The notes under the pieces were generated by a model that did not search any database, was not told where the DNA came from, and saw nothing but the letters and a program-made list of their open reading frames with translations. DNA of 60,080 nucleotides, the filler included, from Sphacelaria rigidula (lineage: Eukaryota): NCBI GenBank assembly GCA_964200075.2. It is 7 parts of 7 records of this genome, joined end to end, with 100 filler letters (N's around TTAATTAATTAA, not from the genome) between each part and the next. Parts side by side here need not be neighbours in the genome. Positions count along the whole stretch, not along the records: positions 1 to 8,498 come from CAXNAA020010966.1; positions 8,599 to 17,096 come from CAXNAA020010967.1; 5 more parts are not named here. The stretch is one strand, 5' to 3'. A program made the translations under genes and the position numbers. Position 1 is the first letter of the stretch; every line of letters starts with the position of its first letter. Below are positions 1-11,353 of the stretch, one piece after another.

Positions 1-47
1 TTTTTTTTTTGCGCCCCCACGCCTCGGCGGCGGATCTGTTGGCTTCG

Positions 48-57
48 CGGGGGGGGG

Positions 58-94
<37 letters not shown>

Positions 95-182
95 ATACTC
101 GTGATCTCGCTTGCCGTAGTCGAAAGAACATTGACCTCGCGTGCCTACATGGCCGAGACGGAGCACGCCGGGTTTTCGCAAG
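48..182 (-). mobile_element. LINE 3'-terminal fragment (tail family B) abutting an oligo-C tract
   Basis: Reverse complement reads GAAAACCCGGCGTGCTCCGTCTCGGCC...GAGGTCAATG...CGAGTATAC then a long C run; same tail at 11240-11353, 37681-37775 and 51350-51448. Confidence 0.7.
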
Positions 183-3005
183 ACCAGGCTTGCAATCACC
201 AAGCGCCAAGCGCCGAGGCGTGTTTGGCGAGTCACATGAGAAGTCGCCTGTATCGAGGTAAGATCGCTCGGCCCAATGCGCGCTAACTATCTTGCAAATG
301 GACGGCAGCCTCTGATGAGTTGTTTCAATCTCTGGTATCTCCACGTCGATAGACAGCCAGGGGTTACACTACCTCATAGATGTCTCACATTTCAACACAA
401 CGTAGTACGATCATACCCCCTACGCAGAGCTGAGGTTCTCCACCCCGAACAACAAGATCCAGCACGACCAGCATAATGGTCACCGCGAAAAAAAAAAGCA
501 AGAAGAAAAAAGGTAACCTGGTTGCCTAGCTTACGCAGTGCGTGGCGTGTTTTACAGAACACGTTCCAACCGAGGTCAACCCTATATCCAACTTATTAAG
601 CTCCCACATATGGTGGTAATTTCATGAGACAACTCTCTAGAGATGAAATCGACGTCAGGCAAGAGGAGTTTGTTACGGGACTCGCAGTTGAGGATGAATT
701 TTTAGAGCGATCGTTGATCAGAGTTGACCGCGAGTCGCAAAAATCAGACTTTCTTTTAGTTATGAAAAAGATGAAAAGAATAGGGAGACTGAACTGCAGA
801 CTTTCCTGGATAACGCTCAGCTTTCGTCTATCTCGGCGAAAACAACGGGGAATTATGCGGAATGTGTCGGCGAGTACCTTGTGAGTTGCGTGTCACAAAC
901 CTTGGATCCTGAATTAAAACTTTGGAATACCTGCGGCGATAGCGAGGAGTCTCCAAGCTCTCGGGCGGCCTAGCTTGTACAACACCATGATGCGCGTTGC
1001 TTTTAAATTTCAACGATAGGAGAGATGTTATGTATGAACCATGGCCTTGATCAGACAATCTATGCGGTGACTGTAATAAGCTCTCCCCCCGAGAAAGTGA
1101 TTCGAACCCTGATTCTTTTCGGGGTCTCCTCTTGTACTTACTCATTATCCCGTAGCGGGTGCACCCTCTCTATTTGGCGGAGGCGAGACATACCGGCGTT
1201 GTTGTACTACAGTATCTGCTGTTCATTTGTTTCGCAAAAAAATGATATCTGCTTCCATCGACACTCACAAAAAGGTGTTTGTACACAGGTTCATACTGCT
1301 ACCTGCGAAGGAGGTATGTTGACCGTTTGGCCGCGAGACCCCGATATGACTCATTCACAAAGTGTTGACATTTTCCGTTGTATCAGATTTTTCGCGATGA
1401 ACAACACGTCCTCTTGCTCAGAGGACGTTTAGTTCAGGCGGAAAGATTTTTCCGCGATAACAAACCGTACACTAGGACTGATGTTCCTTTGCAAGATGCT
1501 GATCTTGACCAGCTCCCAACCAAGCTGTGCTCTGGTTTTCCTACCCTTTCGTTAGCGACCAGTGGGCTATTCGAGCACGCGAAGAAGAAAGGTGATGTTT
1601 TATGTTTTACTGTCATCACCACTTGCCTCCCTTTGAATTGTCAAGATACAGCACGATCGCATTGTACTTTACCACAATTGTGGAGGCAAACTGCAACGGA
1701 CAAGAAACTGGACTGTCAGCGATGCTCTCCTTCCGAGACAAAGGCTCGTCATCAAACGATTCATGGCTGGAGAACAGACAGGCCGCGTATCGCACGCGCG
1801 CCCTCTGCCTCCGGCCAGAAGAATATTTTGCGAACAACAAAGTGGCCGTTCACCAGCCCCCATAGCTGGATTTGGCTCCCGGCACGATGCCTGTGAAGCA
1901 GCGGCGGGTGTTAGGACTACTTCGTCAACAGCAAGCACCTCGTCCGTCGCCGTACTAGCTATCGCTACTATCATGTGCTGGGCTGAAAGCCAACGCACGC
2001 TTCTGCTGGGCCTCCTCCTCCACATTTGTCTGGTCCCTACTGTTCTACAGGGGTGCCCCGGGCGCCGACGTCATGCCGCCTCTGTGGTTATTGCCGCTGT
2101 CGGCCGGCGCCAGCGCCTTCTCCACCGTGCCCTCGTTGACGTCGGTGGTCTTACGAGTCGGAGGGTTTCCAACCTCGGACTCCGACGGAGCAATCGCAGT
2201 CTCGGCCGCGGACGCCGTGTCTTCGGGCTTCACCTCCGCTGTAGTCTGCCCTCCAATGCGCCTGAGGCGCCTTCGAACAACCGTGAGCGGCGGACACCAG
2301 TGGAGGGGAGGGTCGAAGACACCGCGGCCGCGGCCGACTCTGCTACAGCTTTGTCGGAGTTCGAGCTTGGAAGTCCTCCGACCTGTACCATGGACGTCGA
2401 CGGGGGTATGGGGCGAGGCACCAGCGCTGCCCGACACCAGTTCTTCGGCGTCGTCAAGCGTCCGCACCAGCCATGGCCAGGCAGACGACATGCAGCTGGC
2501 GCACGGGCCACCTCTGAAGAAGAGTGGGGTGCAGACTATAGCGGAGGGAAAGGCCGAAGACACCTAGTCCGCGGCCGCTTGGCATCACTAAGTGCTAGCA
2601 CCGGCGATGGCTTCCTCATTGTTCCGGAGCAGATTCGGAGCCAATCCTCTCGGAGCGGACATCCGGGAGAGATGGAGCGGAGCGCGTCTCCACAAGAAAT
2701 CCAAACAAACAACATGATACTGCGTGCTGTTCGCGCTTGCTCTGGCAATACAGATGGAACACGTGGACCCTGACCTCTCACCCCTACGATATTCTTGCGC
2801 AAGTGTAATCCTCCCTTGACTGCTGTCCCACTGTTTGAATTCGTCAAGATCTTTCAGCACATGGCGGTGTTACGTGGTGCGGGACAGGTTCTCATGGAGA
2901 ATGTCGAGGTGAAGAACTCGACACTCCCTGGGTAAACTACGGTACAGCGCGGTTCATAGTCAGAGCGCCCGCGCCCGCGATGCGCTCTACCCTTATGCTG
3001 CCTTA

Positions 3006-3340
3006 TGTGTTTGTTCATTCCATCTGTTCTGGAAGCCAGTCTACAGCTTGCGGTATATGTAGGCGCATCAGCCGGGGTCACGCAGGAGGAAGGCCAGCAC
3101 AGGAACATTTCGCCTTACACACTACAGCAGTATACTCGCGTACACTCGCGATAAAAAAAATAAAGGGAAGCACCGCAGAAGGAAGGTGGGGTACTAAAAA
3201 CAAACAAAAAACAAACAAAAAACAAACAAAAAACTTTTGTGTTGACCTTCCTCCTTGTGTGACCCCGGCTGGGGCGCCCACTTATACCGAAGGGTACAGA
3301 CTGGCGCCCAGAATAAATGGGACAACGCACAAGACACAAT
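3006..3340. mobile_element. Two inverted 3' fragments of tRNA-derived SINE family 1
   Basis: 3006-3105 (CAGCCGGGGTCACGCAGGAGGAAGG) and 3145-3340 (CCTTCCTCCTTGTGTGACCCCGGCTGG) match the full copies at 23135-23490 and 57678-58043 in opposite orientations. Confidence 0.8.
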
Positions 3341-3801
3341 ATACTCGTACATGAGTCAAACATTCCAAAGTGACCCGAAGGAACGCTTTGTTTTCCCTTG
3401 GGATATACCCTCCAGGATGGATCAAACAACAGCACGCACACAAGCACGTCACTCGCCCTCGTCACTTACGGTTAGTCTATCTTGGAACATTTTGGAGTGC
3501 AAAAGCACTGACAGTTAGGCTGCACGGAGGAATCATAGAAGCTGCTGACAGCAGTCGGTTTGCTCGTTTTTGAAATACAAATTCTGGAAGTGGATTCCGA
3601 ACCGGATCCCATTCGTATCCACGGGAAATCACAACATGGGCAGCATCTCTTCCCTCTCTTCTACCTTCCAAAAAAATGCTCATGGACGGCAAACATCAGA
3701 ACGCAGGGAGTACACGAAGGCAGCTGCGACAAAGTTGCGGAATACCTGCTATGGTGGAACTTTACTGATTTTATATTCCAAGAATACTCCAGAACACTCA
3801 C

Positions 3802-3946
3802 CAACTGGGTTATCATCAGGATCCTTGAAGGGTACTTGCGGGATATACAAAAGCTTATCCTGATACACGAACAGAATAACTCCGCAAGTCGTGCACAGCG
3901 TACCCAATGCTGCGGAGCACCATGCTAGGCCTGAAAGCCATCCCAT
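3802..3946 (-). CDS. ABHD13: First exon of an ABHD13/Bem46-like alpha/beta hydrolase
   Basis: ATG at 3946; MGWLSGLAWCSAALGTLCTTCGVILFVYQDKLLYIPQVPFKDPDDNPV is an N-terminal hydrophobic anchor plus the Bem46-type 'Y.QD.LLY.P' motif; ends at G|GTGAGT donor. Later exons not identified in this contig. Confidence 0.65.
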
Positions 3947-4111
3947 AACAAGCGACCACCTTCCCTTGGTTGTCCTTCCAGCCAAAGCCCAAGAATTTCT
4001 AATATATTCCGCCATTTCTATCGTCATCTTCCGGAATGTGCATGAACCGGCGTTGGCTAGGCCGCCAGATACTATCCCCTACTACCCGCGTGTCCTATTC
4101 CGCCATTGATC
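3947..4111. promoter_or_regulatory. Putative bidirectional promoter/5' UTR region
   Basis: Only 165 bp between two divergent start codons (3946 minus, 4112 plus); no repeats recognised in it. Confidence 0.55.
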
Positions 4112-4648
4112 ATGATGAGTGCGGGCCGTATCCTGCTCCCCTTCCTGCTTTCAGTCTCATTATGGTCTGATGTAGTCGCATTCGCCGGGAATATTGCCTT
4201 CAGATGTGCCACCGGACGGCAACAAGGCGAACAATATCAACATCGACAGCAGCCGCAACTGCAACGTCAACAACGCTGCCGACAACCCCATCCACCATCC
4301 ACCACCCTCGCCGTCGCATATCACAGCAAGAACTATGCCACCCTAGCTTTGCGCGCCTCGGGTACTGCCATTGAATTCAGGCAGTCACACAACGAAGCAC
4401 GCACTTCTCCGATTCCTACAAGCCCTCACACGCGCCGCGTCACTCGGCTGAAGGCAGCATCACCAGAGGGCGGAGACATCAACGCGGCAGCGGCGGCTCC
4501 GGCGGCTCCAGCTGGGGAACAGGTGGCCGACGAGGCCAGCGCGGGAGCAGAGATGGGGGTGGCGGGTGTTGATCTGGTGAAGGGTATCGCTTTCGAGGCT
4601 CCGAAGGCGAAGGAGGAGGAGTTGAAAGAGGAGGAAGCATCCAAGAAG
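4112..4648 (+). CDS. First exon of a nucleus-encoded plastid-targeted protein of unknown function
   Basis: MMSAGRILLPFLLSVSLWSDVVA-FAG gives a signal peptide and ASAFAP-like cleavage site, then an R/S/T/Q-rich transit-like region and an acidic Ala/Glu-rich mature start; GC-rich codons; AAG|GTGCAG donor at 4649. Confidence 0.7.
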
Positions 4649-5414
4649 GTGCAGATGAACCTGCCGTCTCCGGTGTTTTGAAAAATAAGCATGAACGACG
4701 TTCACTATCGGTTGGAAGAAACATGAAAAATGTGCGCTGGCGACAGATGCTGCACCGTCAGACACTACTTCGTACAATGCGAACCGTTACAGAGGCGTGT
4801 ACAGTGGCGGTAAGTTTGTTGAGACGCCCAAACTACTTCTACATGTTCCCCACACTGACACCAAGACCAGTACTTCAGTTTCAGCGTGTCTTCTTCTGTT
4901 GCATTCCGATGTAACAAAAATCACCTTGTAGAGACCGTATGGTATACCGTAGTCGCGACGGACGGGACTGTATTCGCGACGAACACGACGTCAACGCGTC
5001 TAACACGCAATAATTGGAGTACGCAGAATCTATTGAGACGAGCCCTATTGCTCATAGCAAACAGGACAGGGGAACGTCCATCATTTTATGCTTCAACAGG
5101 GTCCGCATTACCAAAGGCTTGTAAATTTATTCAACCCTTGGACAGCGAGCGTCGCCTCGAAATAGTTTCACAGGCTGACAGTCCGGTGACATTCGAGGGT
5201 TTTCAGTGGCCGGGAGGGATGATTTTCGAGCGGGGGGGGGTCATGTCTGTCCGCAGAGCAGCCGAAAAGCTCACCAAGTCAACCATATGTGTTTCGAAGT
5301 TCCCGCGGAAGATTTTAAGCAAGGAAGAAGGCCCGAGAGGCGCGGAATGACCATTCCAACCGATCACGGCCGTCAAAATGGGCACGTGGTTCCCCTACAG
5401 GTGGACTTTTTTTT

Positions 5415-5712
5415 TCCCCCCACACTTTGATCCCCTCCCTTTCCTCGGGATGAGTCCGTGGTCTCGAGGGATCAACCCATCTCTCCCCGGTGCGCGCCTT
5501 TCATTTTGGTCACGCGGATTGGGTCAGCACTCCCGCACCGCGTCAACCCACGTCACACGAACCCAGTCGACTACTTACTTTGTTTACTTACGTTCTCACA
5601 CTTTCCACGGTGGAAATTATGCATTACGAAAAAACCCAACGTGTCGGGGATCGAACCCCCGTTCTCTCCACCCTGATGGCGACAGTCGGGCCATTTCACC
5701 ATTGGGGCGCGG
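5415..5712 (-). mobile_element. tRNA-derived SINE family 2, near full length
   Basis: Minus-strand head CCCCAATGGTGAAATGG...GGGGGTTCGATCCCCGAC carries A/B-box-like motifs. Body and tail (GGGTTGATCCCTCGAGACCACGGACTCATCCCGAGGAAAGGGAGGGG..AAAGTGTG) recur at 8850-9140, 35150-35462, 37520-37575, 43095-43178, 44675-44745 and 58510-58570. Confidence 0.75.
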
Positions 5713-7239
5713 CAGCACATGAATTACAGATGGACTACTTCGCTGTCTACGAGCATTTCTCATTTTGGTTGTGGCAATTTCAATCATAGTTTATACGGGT
5801 ACAAATGAACTGTTTTGTACTCTGCTCGAGGTTACCGCCTGTTTCACGCCTATGTGTCGCCAGCATTGCTTCACACTGTGTGCAGTGTTATTGAACACTA
5901 GGCAGAGGCATGAGCAGCATGCAGTAAATTGTGCTCGTAGAGAGCGACGGCACGCTGACTGCTTCTTGCAGTTGTATCCAACGATATATCGCACACATAC
6001 GGTACTGACTCTGTACGCTATTCACTGCACTGTCGAACCGGTCAGGGGTTTTCTATCCCTATTTTCTATACAGATGCCCAGCATCCACATGATTATGAAA
6101 AAAGGCGTTTTGTCTAGCGAGAAAAGAGCGGTTCTGAACCCCAGATGTGGCATTGTCAAACTCAGCCCACCTACGCGGGGGTCGCTTTCCAGGGCTTAAC
6201 GTCAGTTGTTGAACACAGCAGATCCCCTTGATACGATCCCGGTATCACACAAGCGGCTGGCATGGACCAAACAGCTCACAACCAACACAGCTTCCGTCTG
6301 CTATTCGAATATGCTCTCTCGTAGCTTATTCCAAACCGAGACCAACTGTTCTCACGAAGTGCGACGTAGTGCTGAGTCCTAGATTCACAGATTGTCATAA
6401 ACCACTTAGGGCTGGGGCAGTATCCATTGCGGTGCTTGTCCTTGTCTTTGTTCGCTGCATGCACTGTGGTTCACAGACAGTACTCCAACGGTGTGCCCCA
6501 CACTGCTGGTGGGCATTGGCTTCGTCTCAGCCCGGCCGCGAACCGGCGGCAAGCATGCGCCATGTGGGCTACCTCTGTGTAAGCTGCTTCACGGCAGTCT
6601 AGTTCACAAAGCAGCTGCGGGTGCTACTGCTGCCTCTTCAGCGCCACAACCGGAGAGAAAATGCCCAAAAAGTGCTGATCCTCTTTTACCACCTCGCCCC
6701 CTTCTGCAGCACAGCTTTCGTCGAGGGTACCGTGCTTGTTTTCCTGACTTTCACTGCGTGCGAGCACCGTGCGCGACGATTCGTCATGGTTCCTTTTTTG
6801 TTGTGCTGATTATTTTTTCTGCATGACCAACAGACGAGATGTACCGCCGCTGTAATTTGGGTCTCGAAGTTGATCGTGTGCGTTCCGTGGCGGCTCTGTT
6901 TGGTCGCTTGACTATCAAAAGCGCCGCCACATGGAGAATCTACAGCTGGCCCTGGCGAAATCTAATTTTGTGCCGGAGTAGTACTTTTCGTGGAGCTGAT
7001 GTTCGGGGTGTAAAGTCATTGCTACCATGGAGTTGGACTGTCTTTAGAGCATTGGCTATTCTGTGGCCCGTTTATTTTTGGTCTGTCACAGTTCAAACAC
7101 TTCCTCTTCCTCGGGACGAGTCCGTGGTGTCGAGGGATATTCTCGTACCTGTCTCTCTCTGGTACAGGCTGGCTCACGTCTATCACCCAAACTTCCCTCA
7201 TTCGCACATGTTTACGCCGATTCTTGGAGTTGGACTCTA

Positions 7240-7910
7240 AAAAATTGTACATATACACTGTGGGACAGTTAAAAACTCTGCATGCATGGGATATTCGATT
7301 TTTCATTTCTTGCCAGTTATCCGGGGTCCCAGGGTCCTGAGAAGCCACATGCCCTTCTGGGACACCCGATAATTGGCGAAAAACAATAAAAAATCGGAAG
7401 ACCTCATTCATACCAAGTTCAAACTGTCGCACGGTGTAAATGTGCAAGTTTTCAGAGTCTAAGTCCAAAAAAAGACGTTAGCACTTGCGCTTTTGTGCGA
7501 TGAGGTTAGCGTGCAAACTCCCACCTACTTGACTTCAGTTTGAAAACGTCTTTTCCGGATATGTTCGGCGTTGATGCGAGAAAACTACATTGGGTTTTCG
7601 AGTTTCGCAACCAAGCTTTGTATACATGTTCCTTGGGCTACCCCGGGATGCATACGCTTATTTGTATACTATTTTGAGGTATTCTGTACCGGATTCCGGG
7701 GTCCCAGAGTGAAGACCCCCGGACGCCGATAACGAGTGGAGAAACTTCGAAATATTTTCCAGTTATATATATTTTCCATTTGGATCGCCAATACATACCT
7801 ACGGAACTGCCAAGTTTGAGGATGCCAAAACCCCACATTCCCGAAGTACCACGGTTAGGGGGTATAACTCGATCCGGTAGTAACGGTTTCCAAATACGTG
7901 TTTTCTTATG
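7240..7910. repeat. Dispersed non-coding repeat with internal duplication
   Basis: GGGGTCCCAG...CCGATAA...AAGTT motif occurs twice; 7780-7905 resembles the reverse complement of about 16540-16750. Confidence 0.5.
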
Positions 7911-8207
7911 TTATTTTCCCGAGCTGATGGCCATTACTTCGATTTAACGTATGTGGTATTGGGTAGGTTTGGATTCGGATTTTTTCAGTTTCAGAACAAT
8001 TATGAGGGCGCTGATTGGTCGAGGTATGTTTTCGCCCTTAACGCCACCGCTATGGCCTTAAATGAAAATTCGACTAAGTCACCCTCATCGTTGTCACTGG
8101 GCCCACAGATAGGGGCAAGATTTATGAGTGGCAAGGTTTCTCGACCGATCAGAGTCGTTAAATACACCAATGCGGCGGCCTTTCTTCAATCAGATGAGAG
8201 ATATGAG

Positions 8208-8400
8208 CAGTGTTGTGAACCGAAGCTGAAAATTGCTCGGTCGGTTTTTCGTTTTTTTTCGAAAAAGTCGGTCGGTTTCGGTCGGTTTAAAAAAAAAAAC
8301 GAAAAAAAAAGATGAAACCGAGCACTTCTCGGTCGGTTTTTCGACGAAACTACAAAATATATATATATTTTTCAAAATTTCGAAGAGCTCGTTGCGCAAT
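8208..8400 (+). mobile_element. Left end of a hAT-like non-autonomous DNA transposon (truncated by contig end)
   Basis: CAGTGTTG terminus followed by repeated TCGGTT/TCGGTCGG subterminal motifs. Confidence 0.45.
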
Positions 8401-8498
8401 ACGGGCGGTTGGCATTATTATGTGACGAGTGACGAGATGGATCGTATGATAGCGGTGTCCAGTGGCCTTCCTGCCTATATCTCCGGCCGCTTCGCCAG

Positions 8499-8598
8499 NN
8501 NNNNNNNNNNNNNNNNNNNNNNNNNNNNNNNNNNNNNNNNNNTTAATTAATTAANNNNNNNNNNNNNNNNNNNNNNNNNNNNNNNNNNNNNNNNNNNN
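8499..8598. other. Artificial contig linker (N44-TTAATTAATTAA-N44)
   Basis: 100-bp N run with a central 12-mer giving stops in all six frames; identical linker recurs six times at about 8.6 kb spacing. Confidence 0.98.
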
Positions 8599-8849
8599 CA
8601 CTCTCAATCGTACTTTCAACGCTCGATTTCACGGAAACATTGTTAGGTTGCCAGCAGGATTTTGCACCAATGTGCGAGGTAAGCGTTTTATCCATTAATG
8701 GTGCAGGCACAACCGGCCGCTGGAAGCCATGGAAAGTCTACTCTCAATCGTATCGTAGACTCTCAATCTCACGAAAGTACTGTTATATGTGCGGATCATG
8801 GGCCAACTCGTCTATGTCGATGAGATATTGCTCTCAGAGCTTCAATCCG

Positions 8850-9140
8850 TTTTTATGCTGGCTCAATTGTAGGAGGGTGAAGAGAACGTGGGTTTATTTT
8901 AAATTAAATGCGTTCGTTTTTCCTTCAAAGTATCTGATTTCGAAACCGTCGAAAGCGGGTGTACGTGAGTAGGCAAGAAATTCTCAAAGGTGACTTAGGT
9001 TTGTTCAACGAGAGTTGACGCGGTTGGGAAGTGTACCCAATCCACGACTCCAAAATGCAAGTTTTGTGTCGAGAAGAAATGGGTTCATCCCTTGAGACCA
9101 CACACGTCCCGCGGAAAGGGAGAGGCTCAAAGTGTGGAAG
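8850..9140 (+). mobile_element. SINE family 2 copy (diverged)
   Basis: GAGAGTTGACGCGG...CCAATCCACGAC...GGGTTCATCCCTTGAGACCAC...AAAGTGTG matches the family. Confidence 0.7.
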
Positions 9141-9624
9141 AGAAGGTGAGATCCATGTGAGGCGGATGTGTGTACACATGCACGGGACACGGGGAAGATT
9201 GCTTTGCAGACGTTCTTCACAGCATCAATGGCCTATGTTGAGAGCAACGGAACGCCTGCAGATTACATGCCGGGAACTGCATGAAGCTGCTCACATAGGT
9301 CCAACGACTGCATGGAAAAACGTGGCGTCGGATATAGCGTAGTTTACGCGGTCTCCCCCTGCGCTCCAGTCAGACATCATCCTCTACAAGGTCCGTCTGG
9401 TCTCGTTCCGATTGAACAGAACACAGGATAGTGCATCTGTTTGCTAACATCGGTACAAACGAGTTGGTTCCCCGAGAACTTCGTTGAACACTCAGGGGTA
9501 CTATATACTGGGCATTTCCTTCCTTTTTTTTTTTTTCCCGAACGGTTGGATTGTTCTTTCGACGTCTGAGTAGAAACAAAATCTGAAAAACAATTCGATG
9601 CTAGATTTCCGGACATCATGTCAC

Positions 9625-9922
9625 CAACAACGTTTCCGTGAGATTGAGAGTAGAGGATACGATTGCGAGTGAAAAGTGGTGAATTAGTAAATTAATCGTT
9701 TCAGTTTCGAAATGCCCCTCCACGAGGCCTGGTGTGTTTTTTGCAGTAGCCTGCCACTGAGGCCCTTTATATCCCCGAGTAGGATATCGACGTTTAGCTG
9801 TAAGCACACGCCAGTGGTGGAGACGAAGAAAAGCACGCATGGGATGAAAACGGGTCAAGTTAAAGCGAATGATCAAAGCCAGTCTCAATCAGCGCTCTAC
9901 TCTTGATCTCACGAAAACGTCA
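9625..9922. mobile_element. About 300-bp MITE
   Basis: TIRs AACGTTTCCGTGAGATTGAGAGTAGAG / CTCTACTCTTGATCTCACGAAAACGT; second full copy at 48384-48685, fragments at 8599-8645, 29255-29360 and 54600-54675. Confidence 0.8.
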
Positions 9923-9965
9923 TCTGTAGTCAGTCTCGAATTGATCTACTGCCTAAACTGGTTAA

Positions 9966-10063
9966 CCCTTCGACCGCGGGAGTAGGCCATCTGTTGAATT
10001 GGCATCCTAATCACTTGAAAAAGGTATGCATGGTTCAGATGGACTTACCTCGCGGTCCAAGGG
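9966..10063. mobile_element. 98-bp piggyBac-like mini-MITE
   Basis: TTAA|CCCTTCGACCGCG...CGCGGTCCAAGGG|TTAA: TTAA TSD on both sides and CCCT/AGGG termini. Confidence 0.85.
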
Positions 10064-10759
10064 TTAATAAAGCAACCTGCTCTCACATTGTCGAAGGAAG
10101 TAGAAACTGCCCGAAATATTCGAGATTTCGGGGGGGGGAGGGGGTGAAGCCAATTCTAGCACGTCTCAGGAAATCACACCGACTGCATCCAGACGTTCAT
10201 GCGACATGCGCCATCATCAGGGCAGTATTTTTGCCCCAATAGATAGGCCTCATCATCGCTGCGGTGGTGCTACACCGAAAGTACGAGAGCAACCCACCCA
10301 CTCTTGTTGAACGAAATTCTATTTTCACGCGTCCACCGGAGGAAGATCCTTGCATCCGCACCCAACATTTTTCACGCAACACTATTTGTTATAGTGCAGA
10401 AGGAAAAGAAAATCACGCTGAAGCATGAAAAACGAAAACGGGGACGTGGAACACTCGAGAGTTCATTGTGTTGCCTCTGCCGCCACTGGCTTGTGCTGTT
10501 CCCCCCTCTCTTGAGCATCTGGTGGTTGCCCCCTCTTTCCAAACTGCCAATGCAAAAACTGTTGCTGATGGACAAAGTCCCGAAAGCTCACGTGCGCGAT
10601 CTCCTGTACAACCATCGGCAATTTCGGGGGGTACACAGAAGGCACGTTAGTCAGCGATATCAAGTGCTATTGCTAGGACCGCTGTAGTGTACACGAAACG
10701 GGATGATTTTGAAAAAGGCATTTCCTATCTTCGTCGCTTCGTCATGGAGAGGGGTCAGA

Positions 10760-11353
10760 AGTGGTTTTGGTAAAGAGGATGGGGCGCATATGACTCACAG
10801 GGAACGGAACTTCGCCGCTCCCCTTTATTGAGATTTGGTGAGACCGGGAATGACCAATTCGAGGTCCAGCGGGGATGAGATGTCCACCATATAGGCTGCT
10901 GTAGCCGAGTAGGGATGCCGCTGACTATATTGGAGGTAAGATTGAAAATTACACGTGAAGGTAAGCGCACCCCTTCAACAATATCACCTCGGAGACACTA
11001 CCGAGACGCCGCACCGCTAATAATCATGCGGTGAGACACCAATGAGGTAGTGTGTATTACGTGGTTGTCTCTGGACGTGGTGGTACCACAAAATGAAGCA
11101 ACACATTGTAGGCTATCATCCATATGGAAGAAACTCAGTACGCTTTGGGCCGAACAATCTCACAAGGATGAGGCCCACCCTTCATGCGACTCGCCGAGCA
11201 CATCACGGGGCCTCGCGCTTGGTGATTGCGAGCTCCGTCCCGCGAAACCGGGCGTGCTCCGTCTCGGCTTCGGAGGGATACGAGGTCAACGGTCTTATGA
11301 TTACGGCATTCAAAAACATGAGTACATGAGTACATGAGTACGTGAGTACCCCC
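10760..11353 (+). mobile_element. Degenerate LINE 3' end (tail family B)
   Basis: Broken ORF2-like C-terminus, conserved tail GCGTGCTCCGTCTCGG...GAGGTCAA, then tandem CATGAGTA-type repeats and CCCCC. Confidence 0.6.

Noticed and set aside
830..1450. piggyBac transposase remnant ('YEP...VSVDG', 'GIM..VQE')
   Set aside because: The motif-like stretch falls in what looks like a GT-AG intron and other catalytic motifs are not recognisable
1763..2773. 336-aa plus-strand ORF as a gene
   Set aside because: GC-rich region open in several frames on both strands with no recognisable domain; likely a shadow of decayed minus-strand coding sequence
5440..5490. Hammerhead ribozyme in the SINE-2 tail (GATGAGTCCGTG)
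   Set aside because: Copies read GGAYGAG rather than CTGANGA, and no conserved GAAA closes stem II
8543..8554. TTAATTAATTAA as a biological motif or piggyBac target
   Set aside because: Always centred in 100-bp N blocks at regular spacing; it is an assembly linker
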